This document shows positions 59,953-64,000 of a DNA stretch of 64,000 nt, one piece after another. The notes beneath the pieces were generated by a model. That model worked only from the letters and a program-made list of their open reading frames with translations, did no database searches and had not been told where the DNA came from. Each line of letters starts with the position of its first letter. Position 1 is the stretch's first letter. The stretch spans positions 2,004-66,003 of the forward strand of contig CAKVID010000006.1 in the NCBI GenBank assembly GCA_934754355.1. The letters are read 5' to 3'. Source of the stretch: an uncultured Clostridia bacterium (GTDB lineage Bacteria; Bacillota; Clostridia; Christensenellales; UBA1242). The position numbers were made by a program, and so were the translations under genes.

Positions 59953-60015
59953 ATGGGAGTTATACTTGCAACAGGTCTAGGCATTATGATGGTTGCTATT
60001 ATGTGCTTGAAATAA
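59953..60015 (+). CDS. 20-aa hydrophobic micro-protein MGVILATGLGIMMVAIMCLK (absent from the ORF track)
   Basis: The ATG is preceded by GAGGGGGA with 8-nt spacing. It has its own promoter and terminator and codes for a single TM-like helix. Confidence 0.55.
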   Translation: MGVILATGLGIMMVAIMCLK

Positions 60016-60040
60016 GTCTAGAATAGTTTTATAAAAATTT

Positions 60041-60099
60041 AATCAACAAATTGTTTGTTAAAAATAATAAAGATAACAAATGATTTGTTGATTTTTTTT
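60041..60099 (+). terminator. Long-stem rho-independent terminator after the micro-ORF
   Basis: aatcaacaaat (60041-60051) pairs with atttgttgatt (60083-60093), followed by a T-run. Confidence 0.75.
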
Positions 60100-60166
60100 G
60101 TCGCATTTGTTAATATATGGGTATAAATGTATAGATATTATGTGGTAGGCAAAGAAGGAAGAGAAG

Positions 60167-60958
60167 ATGAATTACAAAAAAATTATATTAACCTGTGTTC
60201 TATGGACGCTTACAGTTCTAATTGTACTTAGTGCAATTCTAGGGTGTGTAATGTTTTTTGCCTTTCCAAAAAATTTAGGGGATTTCTTCTACAACTTGGG
60301 TAGTGATGGAATAGCATCTTCACTATATATGCGAGTTTATGAGAAAGACCACGATATTTATTACTGCTACAAGTCTCTAAATATTGAAATTAGCAAAGGC
60401 AATAATGCTAGAATTATTAAATTGTACGATGCTTTTGTTAGTGATGAAAATATGGAAGACTTCATGTCTCAATTAAAGACAAGAAATGAAAATCTAAATA
60501 TTGGAGTATTAGAAAAGAGTGCTATTCTTAATGAAGAGGATTATCTAAAAAATAGATATATTAAGGCACTTATAAATACTAATGAAGTGGGCAAGGCGTA
60601 TTCTGTAGCATTAGATGCTTTCAAATCTTACAAAACTTTTGATTTGAGAAATCAAGGGGTATATGCAATTTATCAATTTATAAATATTGATGGCTATAAT
60701 GATTTCAATTCTAGTCCAGCGGGATATACTAGCAATCTAATAACTTCTATCAAAGAATACTTCGATTTGAGTATAGAAACATTTAATAATAGCAAAACAT
60801 TCAGTACAAATTTAGACAAAGCATATTTGATATCTCTAGGCAATAGAATTATTCAAGTTGGTCAAAATATTAATAAGATATGTAATGATGAAGAAATAAC
60901 AGCAAGCAATAATGTGAAAATGGAAAATATTAATAATTACATAAAGGAAATTTTATGA
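60167..60958 (+). CDS. Membrane-anchored hypothetical protein (263 aa), translationally coupled to hflX
   Basis: N-terminal TM helix and a helical repeat-like remainder. Its stop overlaps the hflX start (ATGA). Confidence 0.6.
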   Translation: MNYKKIILTCVLWTLTVLIVLSAILGCVMFFAFPKNLGDFFYNLGSDGIASSLYMRVYEKDHDIYYCYKSLNIEISKGNNARIIKLYDAFVSDENMEDFMSQLKTRNENLNIGVLEKSAILNEEDYLKNRYIKALINTNEVGKAYSVALDAFKSYKTFDLRNQGVYAIYQFINIDGYNDFNSSPAGYTSNLITSIKEYFDLSIETFNNSKTFSTNLDKAYLISLGNRIIQVGQNINKICNDEEITASNNVKMENINNYIKEIL

Positions 60959-62607
60959 ATATTCCAGAAAAATTAAAGAAAGGATTAAAATCAAGTCTAG
61001 AAAATTTGGAAAATAAACAATTTGATAAGACTTTATTTATTGATGATGAGATACTTAGAACTATTTGTGATGTAAGTGAGAAATCTAATTACGAAGTATC
61101 TCTAATAATTGATAGAAAGGGTAATATTGTAGATGTGTCGTGTGGAGACAAAAATTCGGCTTCACATTCTTTGGCTGTTTCTGATAAAAAGGGATATTCG
61201 GGACTTAGACTTATTCATACTCACCCAAACGCAAGTAGTACACTTAGTCCGATGGATTTGGCATTCTTGAAAAATAACAAAATGGATTGTGTGTGCGCTG
61301 TATCTATAAAAAATGGCGAGGCTTATGATGCACAGATTGGATATTTCCTTGGGGATAAGGTAACTTATGTGAATTGCCACGATTGTAGATATATCAATAA
61401 ATATGGATTACTGGAAAAAATTGCTGAATGTGAGAAAGAATACGAAGAATATACCAAGAACTTAAATAGTGAGCCAGAGCAAAGGGCTATACTTGTCAAA
61501 GTATCTCTAAGCCAAAAAGACAATATTCAAAATGACCTAGAAGAATTAGAAAATCTAGCAAAAACAGCGGGAATTGTTACAGTTGATAAGATTTCACAAT
61601 TTAGACCAAAGCCAGATACAACTTATTTTATAGGTAAAGGTAAAATAGACTTAATCAAAGAAATGATACAGTTGACTGAGGCAAATTTAGTAATATTTGA
61701 TAACGAACTTAGTGGCAGTAAATTAAGCAATATTTCTAATGCTTTGAATGTGAAAGTAATAGATAGAAGTATGTTAATCCTAGATATTTTCGCAGGGCGT
61801 GCAAGGACTAACGAGGGTAAATTGCAAGTAGAATTAGCCCAACTTAAATATTCTCTTCCAAGACTTGGCTCTTATCTAGAGAGTAGTGGTAGATTTGGTG
61901 GCGGAGTTGGAATGCGTGGCCCGGGCGAAACCAAATTAGAATTAAATAGACGAATTGTTGAACAAAATATTCAGAAAAAGACAGAGGAACTTAAGAAATT
62001 AAAACAAATAAGGTCACTTAATAGAGAGAGTAGAATGAGAAATTCTAAACCTACTATTTCTATTGTTGGCTACACTAATTCTGGCAAAAGTACTCTTCTT
62101 AATCTTCTTGCCAAGAGTGATGTGTATGTAAAAAATGAACTTTTTGCAACTCTTGATACAACCACAAGAAATGTATGGCTAGGAGATGGCAAAGAAGTAT
62201 TGATGACAGATACTGTTGGGTTTATAAGCAACCTTCCACACGAATTTATAGAGGCATTTGCCAGCACGCTAGAAGAATGTAAGTATTCAGACCTAATACT
62301 ACATGTTGTGGATATTAGTGATAGTAATTATAACGAACATATTGCAGTTACTAATAAAGTACTAAACAATCTTAATTGTGTTAGTCCTGTAATAATGGTC
62401 TTTAATAAATGCGACAATTTGAAAATAAGAGATACAAGAAATCCACTAATAAATGACCAAAATATATATAAAGATGAAATGATAGAGAAAATAACAAATG
62501 ATTATAATGGTCAGAAAATTGCTTTCGTTTCGGCAAAGACTAACGAGGGTATAGATAATTTAAAAAATCTAATTGTGGATTACTTTGAAAATAATTCAAA
62601 CAAATAA
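60955..62607 (+). CDS. hflX: GTPase HflX with an N-terminal JAB/MPN (JAMM-motif) extension
   Basis: The HflX N-domain/linker has 'FIGKGK' and 'LQVELAQLKY.LPRL'. G1 is 'GYTNSGKSTLLN' and G3 is 'DTVGFI'. Residues 1 to about 165 contain 'IHTHPNASSTLSPMD', which is exactly H-x-H-x7-S-x2-D. Confidence 0.88.
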   Translation: MNIPEKLKKGLKSSLENLENKQFDKTLFIDDEILRTICDVSEKSNYEVSLIIDRKGNIVDVSCGDKNSASHSLAVSDKKGYSGLRLIHTHPNASSTLSPMDLAFLKNNKMDCVCAVSIKNGEAYDAQIGYFLGDKVTYVNCHDCRYINKYGLLEKIAECEKEYEEYTKNLNSEPEQRAILVKVSLSQKDNIQNDLEELENLAKTAGIVTVDKISQFRPKPDTTYFIGKGKIDLIKEMIQLTEANLVIFDNELSGSKLSNISNALNVKVIDRSMLILDIFAGRARTNEGKLQVELAQLKYSLPRLGSYLESSGRFGGGVGMRGPGETKLELNRRIVEQNIQKKTEELKKLKQIRSLNRESRMRNSKPTISIVGYTNSGKSTLLNLLAKSDVYVKNELFATLDTTTRNVWLGDGKEVLMTDTVGFISNLPHEFIEAFASTLEECKYSDLILHVVDISDSNYNEHIAVTNKVLNNLNCVSPVIMVFNKCDNLKIRDTRNPLINDQNIYKDEMIEKITNDYNGQKIAFVSAKTNEGIDNLKNLIVDYFENNSNK

Positions 62608-62786
62608 TCAAATATTTATAAAAATTTTTAAATGGTTGTAACACTTTTTGTTGATGCTTAGTATTATGAAGTAGAAAGCAAAAAAACTAATTGCTTTCAA
62701 ATAATTATATATGCTAGCACTATTATAATTAATTAAAATTACATAAATTGAAATTTGTAAAAATAATTAATTAGGAGGAAAACAAT

Positions 62787-62990
62787 ATGTTTGGAAATAA
62801 TTGTGGTTGTAACCATGGAATTGGTAATGTAGGAATGGGCAAAGGTAACAATTGTTGCTGTTTATTGCTTCTTTTAATGCTTTGTGGCTGTAATGGTTTT
62901 GGTGGCGGAGAAGATAACTGCTGCTGGAATATTATCTTATTACTTTTAATTCTTAATTGTTGTGGCTGTGGCAACGGTTTAGGTTGCTAA
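62787..62990 (+). CDS. Cys/Gly/Asn/Leu-rich 67-aa mini-protein with an internal duplication (YjcZ-like sporulation peptide candidate)
   Basis: A perfect RBS AGGAGGA lies 7 nt upstream. The sequence has two [G/N/C-rich]-[CC..LLLLL]-[CGCNG] modules and is followed by a terminator. Confidence 0.65.
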   Translation: MFGNNCGCNHGIGNVGMGKGNNCCCLLLLLMLCGCNGFGGGEDNCCWNIILLLLILNCCGCGNGLGC

Positions 62991-63028
62991 TATTTTAATA
63001 AAAATCTACTACTCCTATAGTCTTTTGA

Positions 63029-63056
63029 AGCCCTTGACTTTTCGAGGGCTTTTTTA
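63029..63056 (+). terminator. Rho-independent terminator
   Basis: agcccttg...cgagggct followed by TTTTT. Confidence 0.75.
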
Positions 63057-63245
63057 TTGCAAAAATAATTGGAAAAAATTTACAAAAAAATTTACATATT
63101 TTGGAAATGCCTACACATACTAGAAATAACGAAAAAGGGAAGTCAAAGAAATTGAAATATTTGTAATATATAGTTGACAAAAGCACAAAAAAATAATAAA
63201 CTAAATTCGTTAATATTATAGTTAATAGGGAGAAATTTTACAATT

Positions 63246-64000
63246 ATGAAAGACAAGAAGAAGATTATCGTACCTTTGTTACTTGCTGGTGTAACTGCTA
63301 CTGGTGTTGTTGCTAATATATCTCAAGTACAACAAATTAGTGTTCAGGCAGAAGAAAATGGAATTACAGATGTAGTCGGTGCTGAAATTAAAGTAGATCG
63401 TTTTCGTTCTAAGAATAGTGAAGGTACTCTACAATATACTGATACTTTCAAGGTAGGAGACGAAGTTTATTTGCCAAAAGTTACTTTGGGAGATGGCTTG
63501 GTTGACGGAACTGACGGTGTTAAAGTTGTGTACAAAATTAAGAAAGACAAGAAAGAATTTGAACCAACTGAAGAAACTATTGGTAGCGAAAAAGTATATC
63601 ACTTCAAGGCTAGTTATCAAGGATATTACAATGTAACTATTGCTGTAGAGAAAGAAGGCAAAGTAACAACTACTCTTAAAAACTTATCTGTTTTTGTAGA
63701 GAGAGAAGATGCTACAATCAAACTTCCAACTAACAGCGAATATGTTATTCCTGCTAAGATGCCTAAAAACCAAGATGGTTTGAAAATTCCTGCACCAAGT
63801 GTTGTTTATGACAAAACTACTGATGGCAAGACCAAAGAAGTAGAAGAGAAAGCAAACGCTTTGACTAGTGGTTCTCTAAATGTTTACCTTGTTACTCCTA
63901 CTACTGAAGTAGCATTGACATTAGATAGCACTGGCTCGTATTATGCAGTTGATAAAGCAAATCTAGCAACAGTGGGAACATATCAAGTTGTATACGAATA
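63246..64000 (+). CDS. Secreted/cell-surface protein, 3' end beyond the window (not in the ORF track)
   Basis: The ATG at 63246 follows GGGAGA. The signal peptide is MKDKKKIIVPLLLAGVTATGVVANI. The frame stays open to base 64000 and the composition is beta-rich. Confidence 0.65.
   Translation, partial: MKDKKKIIVPLLLAGVTATGVVANISQVQQISVQAEENGITDVVGAEIKVDRFRSKNSEGTLQYTDTFKVGDEVYLPKVTLGDGLVDGTDGVKVVYKIKKDKKEFEPTEETIGSEKVYHFKASYQGYYNVTIAVEKEGKVTTTLKNLSVFVEREDATIKLPTNSEYVIPAKMPKNQDGLKIPAPSVVYDKTTDGKTKEVEEKANALTSGSLNVYLVTPTTEVALTLDSTGSYYAVDKANLATVGTYQVVYE

Noticed and set aside
62771-62974. 67-aa minus-strand Q/P-rich ORF
   Set aside because: It is antisense to the Cys-rich gene, which has the perfect RBS and terminator. 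It is a low-complexity mirror frame.

Overview
AT-rich chromosomal window, read by eye, from an endospore-forming Bacillota-type organism; spoIIGA-sigE-sigG sit directly after ftsA-ftsZ. Most of it is conserved housekeeping. The window holds a 5'-truncated M60-like peptidase and a GT4 glycosyltransferase. A glmS-glmM operon follows, ending in a stand-alone GlmU acetyltransferase half. Next come ssrA (tmRNA) with smpB, a long Bacillus-type SRP RNA, and ileS behind a T-box-like leader. Then zur with a znuACB zinc operon and a perfect 7-1-7 operator, groES-groEL, lspA-rluD, and tig-clpP-clpX-engB. A dcw cluster runs rsmH-ftsL-pbp-murE-mraY-murD-ftsW...murA-divIB-ftsA-ftsZ. The rest is tRNA-Asn, rpiB and hflX. 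I saw no CRISPR array, transposase, integrase or rRNA. Six things stand out. (1) An accessory block at about 7.5-13.9 kb abuts ssrA. It holds an ADP-ribosyltransferase-like two-gene module, an overlapping XRE-HTH / hydrolase-only RelA-SpoT homologue / HAD-nucleotidase operon, and a protein-kinase-like gene. (2) A 20-nt direct duplication of the tmRNA 3' end lies there, with two copies of a ~107-nt structured element that embeds a tmRNA T-arm look-alike; one copy forms the promoter-proximal leader of the kinase-like gene. (3) At 30954-31431 there are 3.2 tandem copies of a ~147-151-nt structured RNA-like element with compensatory base changes, between two small membrane-protein genes. (4) HflX carries an N-terminal JAB/MPN (JAMM-motif) domain. 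(5) A collagen-like protein and a Cys/Gly/Leu-rich mini-protein share an N-terminal NNxCGCN motif. (6) An unannotated 20-codon hydrophobic micro-ORF has its own promoter, RBS and terminator. All calls rest on motif recognition in the supplied translations and manual inspection; no searches or folding programs were run.
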